A stretch of DNA of 64,000 nucleotides from Nitrospirales bacterium (lineage in GTDB: Bacteria > Nitrospirota > Nitrospiria > Nitrospirales > UBA8639): assembly GCA_965203295.1 (NCBI GenBank), contig CBDBCZ010000015.1:544001-608000 (forward strand), written 5' to 3'. Position 1 is the first letter of the stretch; each line of letters opens with the position of its first letter. The notes under the pieces were generated by a model. That model had not been told where the DNA came from and did not search any database. It saw nothing but the letters and a program-made list of their open reading frames with translations. A program made the position numbers and the translations under genes. Of the stretch, positions 39,384 through 52,000 are shown in pieces.

Positions 39384-40080
39384 TTTGTACCATTATGCAC
39401 CTCTACATGAAAGGCACCACCCAGGGTATGTCAGCCATACATCCTAGCGGGCGCTTTGAACTGTCAATATACCCTAGGGTATGTGGTTGCCAGGCAACTA
39501 ATGCTTCTCCTTTAGCGCTTGTCAAAACTAACAGGTTTGTAATTGTATTATGGTACAAGTCAGCTGTACCATGGGTTTCTAGGGTGTATGGGATTTGAAC
39601 TCTTCGTGCAGTTATATTGTGAACTCTTCAAGAGAAGGAAGCTTTCTGAGAGAGTAAAGAAATCTTGAAAAATCGGGACCCAGCTGGGGATTGAACCCAG
39701 GACCTTCTGAATACTAGTCAGATGCTCTTACCAATTGAGCTACTGGAGCCCCCTTGGCAGAGAAGCAGTAGGCAAGCTTTATATAGCCACTAAACCTACT
39801 AGTAGCACTTGCCAGTAGGACCCAGCCAATTCCAACTATAATTACTCTCTCATTATAGGCGTATAATTGTGTATATTTATTTATACTCCATGTATACCTC
39901 TGTATACATGTGCATACTTGTGAATTCTCGTATATAGTTGTGTATACGTCATGTATACCCATATATATACTTGTGCATACTTGGATATACTTGTGTATAC
40001 CTGTGTACGCTGCACCCTCGGGAATACATATAACTGCCCTCAGAGTACAAATACTATACACCCTAGAAACCCATGGTACA
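39384..40080 (-). mobile_element. Hairpin element E9 (E6 family), split by a tRNA cassette and a satellite patch
   Basis: 39384-39616 matches 36351-36580; 40009-40080 matches the right hairpin arm of E6. Confidence 0.82.
39676..39749 (-). tRNA. tRNA-Thr(AGT)-like gene or tRNA-derived repeat head
   Basis: Minus strand folds as GCTCCAG TA GCTC-AATTGGTAA-GAGC A TCTGA-CTAGTAT-TCAGA AGGTC CTGGG-TTCAATC-CCCAG CTGGGTC. D, anticodon and T stems are perfect; acceptor stem has one mismatch; T-loop is atypical; TTTTT lies just downstream. Confidence 0.6.
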
Positions 40081-43000
40081 ATCATTACGTATACTTGTGT
40101 ATATATGTATATAGTTTAGTATACTTGTGTATACCTGAGTATAATTTTGTATACAAGCGTATAATAGTTTATACTTGTGTAAACTTGTGTATATATGTAA
40201 ATACCTGTGTATACTTGTGTACCCGTGTAAACTTGTGTATACTTGTGTATACCCGTGTAAGCTTGTTTATGCTTATGTATGCTTGGTAATACTTGTGTAT
40301 ACACCAGTGTAAGCCTCTGTTTACCGGTGTATACTTGTTCATACCCGTGTATACGTGTTCATACTTGGGTATAACAGTGCATACTTGTGTATATTCTTGT
40401 AAACGTATGTATACCCACGTATACCAGAGTACACCCATGTATACTTGTGTATGCTTGTGTATACACGTGTATAGATGTGTATACTTGTGTATACACGCGT
40501 ATAATAGTTTATACTTGTGTAAATTCGTGTATATATGTGTATACCTGTGTATACTTGTGTGTACCCGTGTAAACTTGTGTATACTTGTGTATACCCGTGT
40601 AAGCTTATTTATACTTATGTATGCTTGGTAATACTTGTGTATTCACCCGCGTAAGCCTCTGTATACCCGTGTATATGTGTTCATACTTGTGTATAACAGT
40701 GCACACTTGTGTATACCCTTGCAAACGTATGTATACCCATGTATACCAGAGTATACCCATGTATACTTGTGTATGTTTGTGTATACGCGTGTATAGATGT
40801 GTATACTTGTGTATACACGCGTGTAAGCCTCTGTTTACCGGTGTATACTTGTTCATACCCGTGTATACGTGTTCATACTTGTGTGTATACCCTTGTAAAC
40901 GTATGTATACCCACGTGTACCAGTGTACCCATTGATACTTGTGTATGTTTGTGTATACGCGTGTATAGATGTGTATACTTGTGTATACACGCGTATAATA
41001 GATTATGCTTGGGTAAACTTGTGTATATACTTTAGTATACCTGTGTATACTTGTGTGTACTCGTGTAAACTTGTGTATACTTGTGTGTACCCGTGTAAAC
41101 TTGTGTATACTTGTGTATACCCGTGTAAGCTTATTTATACTTATGTATGCTTGGTAATACTTGTGTATACACCCGCGTAAGCCTCTGTATACCCGTGTAT
41201 ATGTGTTCATACTTGTGTATAACAGTGCACACTTGTGTATACCCTTGCAAACGTATGTATACCCACGTATACCAGAGTATACCCATGTATACTTGTGTAT
41301 GTTTGTGTATACGCGTGTATAGATGTGTATACTTGTGTATACACGCGTATAATAGTTTATACTTGTGTAAACTAGTGTTTATATGTGTATACCTGTGTAT
41401 ACTTGTGTGTACCCGTGTAAACTTGTGTATACTTGTGTATACACCCGTGTAAGCCTCTGTTTGCCAGTGTATACTTGTTCATACCCGTGTATACGTGTTC
41501 ATACTTGTGTGTATACCCTTGTAAACGTATGTATACCCACGTGTACCAGAGTGTACCCATGTATACTTATGTATGTTTGTGTATACGCATGTATAGATGT
41601 GTATACTTGTGTATACACGCGTATAATAGATTATGCTTGTGTAAACTCGTGTATATACTTTAGTATACCTGTGTATACTTGTGTGTACTCTGTAAACTTG
41701 TGTATACTTGTGTATACCCGTGTAAGCTTGTTTATACTTGTGTATACCCGTGTAAGCTTATTTATACTTATGTATGCTTGGTAATACTTGTGTATACACC
41801 CGCGTAAGCCTCTGTATACCCGTTTATATGTGTTCATACTTGTGTATAACAGTGCACACTTGTGTATACCCTTGCAAACGTATGTATACCCACGTATACC
41901 AGAGTATACCCATGTATACTTGTGTATGTTTGTGTATACGCGTGTATAGATGTGTATACTTGTGTATACACGCGTATAATAGTTTATACTTGTGTAAACT
42001 AGTGTTTATATGTGTATACCTGTGTATACTTGTGTGTACCCGTGTAAACTTGTGTATACTTGTGTATACACCCGTGTAAGCCTCTGTTTACCGGTGTATA
42101 CTTGTTCATACCCGTGTATACGTGTTCATACTTGTGTGTATACCCTTGTAAACGTATGTATACCCACGTGTACCAGAGTGTACCCATGTATACTTATGTA
42201 TGTTATGTATACGCATGTATAGATGTGTATACTTGTGTATACACGCGTATAATAGTTTATACTTGTGTAAACTCGTGTATATATGTGTATACCTGTGTAT
42301 ACTTGTGTGTACTCGTGTAAACTTGTGTATACTTGTGTATACCCGTGTAAGCTTGTTTATGCTTATGTATGCTTGGTAAAACTTGTGTATACACCCGTGT
42401 AAGCCTCTGTTTACCGGTGTATACTTGTTTATACCCGTGTATACGTGTTCATACTTGTGTGTATACCCTTGTAAACGTATGTATACCCACGTGTACCAGT
42501 GTACCCATTGATACTTGTGTGTTTGTGTATACGCGTGTATAGATGTGTATACTTGTGTATACACGCGTATAATAGATTATGCTTATGTAAACTCGTGTAT
42601 ATACTTTAGTATACCTGTGTATACTTGTGTGTACTCGTGTAAACTTGTGTATACTTGTGTGTACACGTGTAAACTTGTGTATACTTGTGTATACCCGTGT
42701 AAGCTTATTTATACTTATGTATGCTTGGTAATACTTGTGTATACACCCGCGTAAGCCTCTGTATACCCGTGTATATGTGTTCATACTTGTGTATAACAGT
42801 GCACACTTGTGTATACCCTTGCAAACGTATGTATACCCACGTATACCAGAGTATACCCATGTATACTTGTGTATGTTTGTGTATACGCGTGTATAGATGT
42901 GTATACCTGTGTATACACGCGTATAATAGTTTATACTTGTGTAAACTAGTGTTTATATGTGTATACCTGTGTATACTTGTGTGTACCCGTGTAAACTTGT

Positions 43001-46000
43001 GTATACTTGTGTATACACCCGTGTAAGCCTCTGTTTACCGGTGTATACTTGTTTATATCCGTGTATCCGTGTTCATACTTGTGTGTATACCCTTGTAAAC
43101 GTATGTATACCCATGTGTACCAGAGTGTACCCATGTATACTTATGTATGTTTGTGTATACGCATGTATAGATGTGTATACTTGTGTATACACGCGTATAA
43201 TAGATTATGCTTGTGTAAACTCGTGTATATACTTTAGTATACCTGTGTATACTTGTGTGTACTCGTGTAAACTTGTGTATACTTGTGTATACCCGTGTAA
43301 GCTTGTTTATACTTATGTATGCTTGGTAATACTTGTATATACACCCGTGTAAGCCTCTGTTTACCGGTGTATACTTGTTCATACCCGTGTATACGTGTTC
43401 ATACTTGTGTATAACAGTGCATACTTGTGTATATTCTTGTAAACGTATGTATACCCACGTATACCAGAGTATACCCATGTATACTTGTGTATGCTTGTGT
43501 ATACACGTGTATAGATGTGTATACTTGTGTATACACGCGTATAATAGTTTATACTTGTGTAAACTCGTGTATATATGTGTATACCTGTGTATACTTGTGT
43601 GTACCCGTGTAAACTCGTGTATACTTGTGTATACCCGTGTAAGCTTATTTATACTTGTGTATGCTTGGTAATACTTGTGTATACACCAGCGTAAGCCTCT
43701 GTATACCCGTGTATATGTGTTCGTACTTGTGTATAACAGTGCACACTTGTGTATACCCTTGCAAACGTATGTATACCCACGTATACCAGAGTATACCCAT
43801 TATACTTGTGTATGCTTGTGTATGCACGTGTATAGATGTGTATACTCGTGTATACACGCGTATAATTGATTATGCTTGTGTAAACTCGTGTATATACTTG
43901 TGTGCCCCCGTTAAACTTGTGTATACTTGTGTATACCCATGTAAGCTTGTTTATGCTTGGTAATACTTGTGTATACACCCGTGTAAGCCTCTGTTTACCG
44001 TTGTATACTTGTTCATACCGTGTATACGTGTTCATACTTGTGTATAACAGAGCATACTTTTGTATACCCTTGTAAACGTATGTATACCCACGTATACCAG
44101 AGTATACCCATGTATACCTGTGTATGCTTGTGTATGCACGTGTATACTTGTGTATACACGTGTATAGATGTGTATACTTGTGTATACACACTTATAATAG
44201 TTTATACTTGTGTAAACTCGTGTATATATGTGTATACCTGTGTATACTTGTGTGTTCCCGTGTAAACTTGTTTATACTTGTGTATACCCGTGTAAGCTTA
44301 TTTATATTTATGTATGCTTGGTAATACTTGTGTATACAACTGTGTAAGCCTCTGTATACCCTTATAAATGTGTTCATACTTATATATAATAGTGCACACT
44401 TGTATATACCCTTGTAAACGTATGTAAACCCACGTATACCAGATTTATACTTGTGTATGCTTGTGTATACACGTATATAGATGTGTATACTTGTGTATAC
44501 ACGTGTATAGATGTGTATACTTGTGTATACACGCGTATAATAGTTTATACTTGTGTAAATTCGTGTATATATGTGTATACCTGTGTATACTTGTGTGTAC
44601 CCGTGTAAACTTGTGTATACTTGTGTATACCCGTGTAAGCTTATTTATACTTATGTATGCTTGGTAATACTTGTGTATGCACCCGCGTAAGCCTCTGTAT
44701 ACCCGTGTATATGTGTTCATACTTGTGTATAACAGTGCACACTTGTGTATACCCTTGCAAACGTATGTATACCCACGTATACCAGAGTATACCCATGTAT
44801 ACTTGTGTATGTTTGTGTATACGCGTGTATAGATGTGTATACTTGTGTATACACGCGTATAATAGTTTATACTTGTGTAAACTAGTGTTTATATGTGTAT
44901 ACCTGTGTATACTTGTGTGTACCCGTGTAAACTTGTGTATACTTGTGTATACACCCGTGTAAGCCTCTGTTTACCGGTGTATACTTGTTCATACCCGTTT
45001 ATACGTGTTCATACTTGTGTGTATACCCTTGTAAACGTATGTATACCCACGTGTACCAGTGTACCCATTGATACTAGTGTGTTTGTGTATACGCGTGTAT
45101 AGATGTGTATACTTGTGTATACACGCGTATAATAGATTATGCTTATGTAAACTCGTGTATATACTTTAGTATACCTGTGTATACTTGTGTGTACTCGTGT
45201 AAACTTGTGTATACTTGTGTGTACACGTGTAAACTTGTGTATACTTGTGTATGCCCGTGTAAGCTTGTTTATGCTTATGTATGCTTGGTAAAACTTGTGT
45301 ATACACCCGTGTAAGCCTCTGTTTACCGGTGTATACTTGTTCATACCCGTGTATACGTGTTCATACTTGGGTATAACAGTGCATACTTGTGTATATTCTT
45401 GTAAACGTATGTATACCCACGTATACCAGAGTACACCCATGTATACTTGTGTATGCTTGTGTATACACGTGTATAGATGTGTATACTTGTGTATACACGC
45501 GTATAATAGTTTATACTTGTGTAAATTCGTGTATATATGTGTATACCTGTGTATACTTGTGTGTAGCCGTGTAAACTTGTGTATACTTGTGTATACCCGT
45601 GTAAGCTTATTTATACTTATGTATGCTTGGTAATACTTGTGTATGCACCCGCGTAAGCCTCTGTATACCCGTGTATATGTGTTCATACTTGTGTATAACA
45701 ATGCACACTTGTGTATACCCTTGCAAACGTATGTATACCCACGTATACCAGAGTATACCCATGTATACTTGTGTATGTTTGTGTATACGCGTGTATAGAT
45801 GTGTATACTTGTGTATACACGCGTATAATAGTTTATACTTGTGTAAACTAGTGTATATATGTGTATACCTGTGTATACTTGTGTGTACCCGTGTAAACTT
45901 GTGTATACTTGTGTATACACCCGTGTAAGCCTCTGTTTACCGGTGTATACTTGTTCATACCCGTGTATACGTGTTCATACTTGTGTGTATACCCTTGTAA

Positions 46001-48647
46001 ACGTATGTATACCCACGTATACCAGTGTACCCATTGATACTTGTGTGTTTGTGTATACGCGTGTATAGATGTGTATACTTGTGTATACACGCGTATAATA
46101 GATTATGCTTGTGTAAACTCGTGTATATACTTTAGTATACCTGTGTATACTTGTGTGTACTCGTGTAAACTTGTGTATACTTGTGTGTACACGTGTAAAC
46201 TTGTGTATACTTGTGTATACCCGTGTAAGCTTATTTATACTTATGTATGCTTGGTAATACTTGTGTATACACCCGCGTAAGCCTCTGTATACCCGTGTAT
46301 ATGTGTTCATACTTGTGTATAACAGTGCACACTTGTGTATACCCTTGCAAACGTATGTATACCCACGTATACCAGAGTATACCCATGTATACTTGTGTAT
46401 GTTTGTGTATACGCGTGTATAGATGTGTATACCTGTGTATACACGCGTATAATAGTTTATACTTGTGTAAACTAGTGTTTATATGTGTATACCTGTGTAT
46501 ACTTGTGTGTACCCGTGTAAACTTGTGTATACTTGTGTATACACCCGTGTAAGCCTCTGTTTTCCGGTGTATACTTGTTCATATCCGTGTATACGTGTTC
46601 ATACTTGTGTGTATACCCTTGTAAACGTATGTATACCCACGTGTACCAGAGTGTACCCATGTATACTTATGTATGTTTGTGTATACGCATGTATAGATGT
46701 GTATACTTGTGTATACACGCGTATAATAGATTATGCTTGTGTAAACTCGTGTATATATTTAGTATACCTGTGTATACTTGTGTGTACTCGTGTAAACTTG
46801 TGTATACTTGTGTATACCCGTGTAAGCTTGTTTATACTTATGTATGCTTGGTAATACTTGTATATACACCCGTGTAAGCCTCTGTTTACCGGTGTATACT
46901 TGTTCATACCCGTGTATACGTGTTCATACTTGTGTATAACAGTGCATACTTGTGTATATTCTTGTAAACGTATGTATACCCACGTATACCAGAGTATACC
47001 CATGTATACTTGTGTATGCTTGTGTATACACGTGTATAGATGTGTATACTTGTGTATACACGCGTATAATAGTTTATACTTGTGTAAACTCGTGTATATA
47101 TGTGTATACCTGTGTATACTTGTGTGTTCCCGTGTAAACTTGTGTATACTTGTGTATACCCGTGTAAGCTTATTTATATTTATGTATGCTTGGTAATACT
47201 TGTGTATACACCTGTGTAAGCCTCTGTATACCCTTATAAATGTGTTCATACTTATATATAATAGTGCACACTTGTATATACCCTTGTAAACGTATGTAAA
47301 CCCACGTATACCAGATTTATACTTGTGTATGCTTGTGTATACACGTATATAGATGTGTATACTTGTGTATACACGTGTATAATAGTTTATACTTGTGTAA
47401 ACTCGTATATATACTTTAGTATAACTGTGTATACTTGTGTGTACCTGTGCAAAATTGTGTTGTCTTGAATCGGGAACACTAGCGTCCAAAGTATCAAGAC
47501 TACAGCATTTAACTAGGGATAAAAGTATGTTAGCAAAAGATTGGTAATGTAGATACCTGTGTATACCCCTTATACATGTATATACCTTGTGTATACATGC
47601 GCATACGTGTATATACTTACACAGACCTATGTTTACTCGTGTATACAAATGTAGACATGTATGTATCTGAGTATACAGACGCTTCCGTGTGTGTATTCAT
47701 GCGTACTTCTGCATACATGTGTATTTGTGTATACACGTGTACTTGTTCGTATCTCGTCTGTGCTTGTATGTACTTGTGTATACGGGTGTGTACTTGTGTA
47801 CATGATTAAACCCGTATACATTTCTATTCCTGTGTATTCTTGTTTATACTGGTGTACCCTTCTTCATAGCCACATATACAGCCTTCTCTTTTTTTTAGGA
47901 TGAGTAGTTCATGACTGGCCTTGCTGGCCCATTTTCATGGCATGCTGGTATCACAAAAAGGGCCATAGGCTCAGTGATGTCTGTGTGTCATGAATTTGGA
48001 ACACTAGCGTCCAAAGTATGAGGCTTACACCTACCCTTTCACACATTTAAATACGTATATATCCTCTTTATACCTGTGTATACTTGTGTATAACTGTATG
48101 CATCTGCATACGTATGTATACCCGCCTATATTTCTGTATACATATGTATATTTGTGAATACGTGTGTACTTTGTGTACCTGTGTGTGCTTGTACATATTT
48201 TTTTATACCTGTTTACTCGAGTATACTTGTGTTACTCGCATTTACCGTTAATACCTGTACATACTTGTGTATAATGGTGGTATAATTCTATATACTAGTG
48301 TATGAAATGTATACTGTGGAATAGTTGTGTTTACCCAAGTATATTTGTGTATACCCGAGCTTACTTCATTGTACACGCGTATACTCGTGCGTTGTTATAT
48401 ATACTTGTGTATACCTTGTGTAAACCCGTATATATACTTTGTATACCTGTGTATACTAGTGTAAACCCATGTATACGTGTATATACAACGTTTACTTGTG
48501 CGTACATGAAAAAAACCAGTGTATAGGTAGATAAACTTTTGAAATAGTAAAGTGCAAAAGCTCGCAAAAGGTTAAGGGACTGGTGAATGAGCTGTTTATG
48601 ACACTACAGCGGCACGAACATTAAACCTGTAGTTTACTTAGCTGTCT

Positions 48648-49010
48648 GATGGGTACTCACATTCATTGGATACTCAATATTCATGGTTTGCTTGTATTTG
48701 ATGGGTTTTCATATTCATGGAGTACTTGGATTCAAAGGGTCCTTAAATTAAAGGGGTGCTTGTATTTGAGGGGTCCTTATATTCACAGAGTGCTTGTGTT
48801 TAATGAGTCCTTATATTCTGGGGGTACTTGTGTTTAATGGGTCCTTATATTCATGGAGTACTTGTATTCGACGGGTCCATACATTCATAAGGTACTTATA
48901 TTTGATGGGTACTTACATTCATGGAGTGCTTGTGTTCGATGGGTCCTTATATTCATGGAATACTTGTATGTGATGGGTGCTTATATTTATGGAGTGCTTG
49001 TGTTTGATGT
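48648..49010 (+). repeat. About 34-bp (16+18) minisatellite, left copy
   Basis: ATGGAGTACTTGTATTTG-ATGGGTCCTTATATTC units. Confidence 0.85.
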
Positions 49011-52000
49011 ACCCAGAACAGTTTGCGAGCATTTTTATTTTTCGGTCTAAAATTTTTTTCTTAAATATCTCGATTTCTGAAGGTGGAAAAGGGAAAGCAG
49101 CGGTATCAACGGCACCTATGGGGTGACCGCAACAGTTTACGAGCATTTTTATTTTTCGGGGGAAAAATTTCTTCTTAAATATTTCGATTTTTGAAGGTAG
49201 CACAGGCAAGGCAGAGGTGTCAACGGCACCTACGCTGTACCAGAAACAGTTTGCGAGCATTTTTATTTTTTATTCAAAATTTTTTTCATCAATATCTCGA
49301 TTTCTGAATGTGGCACAGGGAGAGCAGAGGTGTCAACGACACCTACGCAGTGCCCACAAAAGTTTGCGAACATTTTTATTTTTTGGTCAAAATTTTTTTT
49401 GTTAAATATCTTGATTTCTGAAAATGGTACAGGGAAAGCAGCGGAGTCAACAGCACCCACGCGGTGCCCACAACAGTTTGCGAGCATTTTTATTTTTCGG
49501 TCAAAATTTTTTTCTTAAATATCTTTATTTTTGAAGGTGTCACAGTGATAGCAGCGGTGTCAACGGCATTCACGCGGCACCCACAATAGTTTGCGAGCAT
49601 TTTTATTTTTCGGTCAAAATTTTTTTCTTAAATATCTCGATTTCTGAAGGTGTCACAGTGATAGCAACGGTGTTAACGGCACCCACGAGGCGCCCACAAC
49701 AGTTTGCGAGTATTTTTATTTTTCGGTCAAAAAACTTTTCTTAAATATCTCGATTTCTGAAGGTGTCACAGTGAAAGCAGCGGTGTCAACGGCACCCACG
49801 CGGCGTCCACATGAGTTTGCGAGAATTTTTATTTTTCGGTCTAAATTTTTTAAACATCTCAATTTCTGAAGGGGGCACAGGCTAAACAGCGGTGTCAACG
49901 GCACCCACGCGGTGGCCACAACAGTTTGCGAGCTATTTTATTTTAAAATATTTTTCTTAAATATCTCGATTTTTGAAGGTGGCACAGGCAAAACAGCGGT
50001 ATCAACGGCACCCACGCGGCGCCCACAACAGTTTGCGGGCATTTTTAATTTTCGGTCACAAAAATTTTTCTTAAATATCTCGATTTCTGATGGTGTCACA
50101 GGAAAAGCAGCGGTGTCAACGGCACCCATGTGGCGCCCACAACGGTTTGCGAGCATTTTTATTTTTCGGTCAAAACAACTTTTCTTAAATATCTCGATTT
50201 CTGAAGGTGTCACAGTGAAAGCAGCGATTTCAACGGCACCCACGCGGCGCCCACAACTGTTTGCGAACATTTTTATTTTTCGGTCAAAAAATTTTTTCTT
50301 AAATATCTCGATTTTTGAAGGTGTCACAGTGAAAGCAGCGGTGTCAACGGCACCCACTTAGCGCCCACAACAGTTTGCGAGCATTTTTATTTTTCGGTCT
50401 AAAATTTTTTTCTTAAATATCTCGATTTCTGAAGGTATCACAGTGAAAACAGCGGTGACAACGGCACCCACGCGGAGCCTACAACAGTTTGCGAGCATTT
50501 TTATTTTTCGGTCAAAACAACTTTTCTTAAATATCTCGATTTCTGAAGGTGTCACAGTGAAAGCAGCGATTTCAACGGCACCCACGCGGCGCCCACAACT
50601 GTTTGCGAACATTTTTATTTTTCGGTCAAAAAATTTTTTCTTAAATATCTCGATTTTTGAAGGTGTCACAGTGAAAGCAGCGGTGTCAACGGCACCCACT
50701 TAGCGCCCACAACAGTTTGCGAGCATTTTTATTTTTCGGTCTAAAATTTTTTTCTTAAATATCTCGATTTCTGAAGGTATCACAGTGAAAACAGCGGTGA
50801 CAACGGCACCCACGCGGAGCCTACAACAGTTTGCGAGCATTTTTATTTTTCGGTCAAAAAATTTTTCTTAAATATCTTGATTTCTGAAGGTGTCACAGTG
50901 AAAGCAGCGGTGTCAACGGCACCCACGCGGCGTCCACAACAGTTTGCGAGCATTTTTATTTTTCGGTTAAAAAAATTTTTCTTAAATATCTCGATTTCTG
51001 AAGGTGTCACAGTGAAAGCAGCGGTGTCAACGGCACCCACGCGGCGCCCACAACAGTTTGCGTGCATTTTTATTTTTCGTTTTAAATTTTTTTCTTAAAT
51101 ATCTCGATTTCTGAAGGTGGCACAGGCAAAACAGCGGTGTCAACGGCACCCACGAGGCGCCCACAACAGGTTGCGAGCATTTTTATTTTTCGGTCAAAAA
51201 ATTTTTCTTAAATATCTCGATTTCTGAAGGTGTCACAGTGAAAGCAGCGATGTCAACGGCACCCACGCGGCGCCCACAACAGTTTGCGAGCATTTTTATT
51301 TTTCGGTCAAAAAAATTTTTCTTAAATATCTCGATTTCTGAAGGTGTCACAGTGAAAGCAGCGGTGTCAACGGAACCCACGCGGCGCCCACAACAGTTTG
51401 CGAGCATTTTTATTTTTCGGTCAAAAAAACTTTTCTTAAATATCTCGATTTCTGAAGGTGTCACAGTGAAAGCAGTGATGTCAACGGAACCCACGCGGCG
51501 CCCACAACAGTTTGCGAGCATTTTTATTTTTCGGTCAAAAAAACTTTTCTTAAATATCTCGATTTCTGAAGGTGTCACAGTGAAAGCAGCGGTGTCAACG
51601 GCACCCACGCGGCCCCACAACAGTTTGCGAGCATTTTTATTTTTCGGTCTAAAAATGTTTTTTAAATATCTCGATTTCTGAAGGTGTCACAGGGAAAGCA
51701 GCGGTGTCAACGGCACCCACGCGGCGCCCACAACAGTTTGCGAGCATTTTTATTTTTCGTTCAAAATTTTTTTTCTTAAATATCTCGATTTCTGAAGGTG
51801 TCACAGAGAAAGCAGCGGTGTCAACGGCACCCACGCGGCGCCGACAACATTTTGCGAGCATTTTTATTTTTTGGTCTAAAATTTTTTTTTAAATATATCG
51901 ATTTCTAAAGGTGTCACAGTGAAAGCAGCGGTGTCAACGGCACCCACGCGGCGCCCCCATAAGTTTGCGAGCATTTTTATTTTTCGGTCTAAAAATGTTT

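Larger units (their letters stand above)
33275..48530 (+). repeat. GTATAC-core (TGTGTATACT 10-mer) satellite; insertion-rich 33.3-40.1 kb, homogeneous composite units of about 0.3 kb at 40.1-47.45 kb
   Basis: Continuous TGTGTATACY units with recurring markers AAGCCTCTGT, TAGATGTGT and GCTTGGTAATAC. Confidence 0.97.

Noticed and set aside
33239..48567. Dozens of Y/T/C/V/I-rich ORFs (also 58.9-64 kb)
   Set aside because: Translations of the GTATAC satellite in several frames and both strands.
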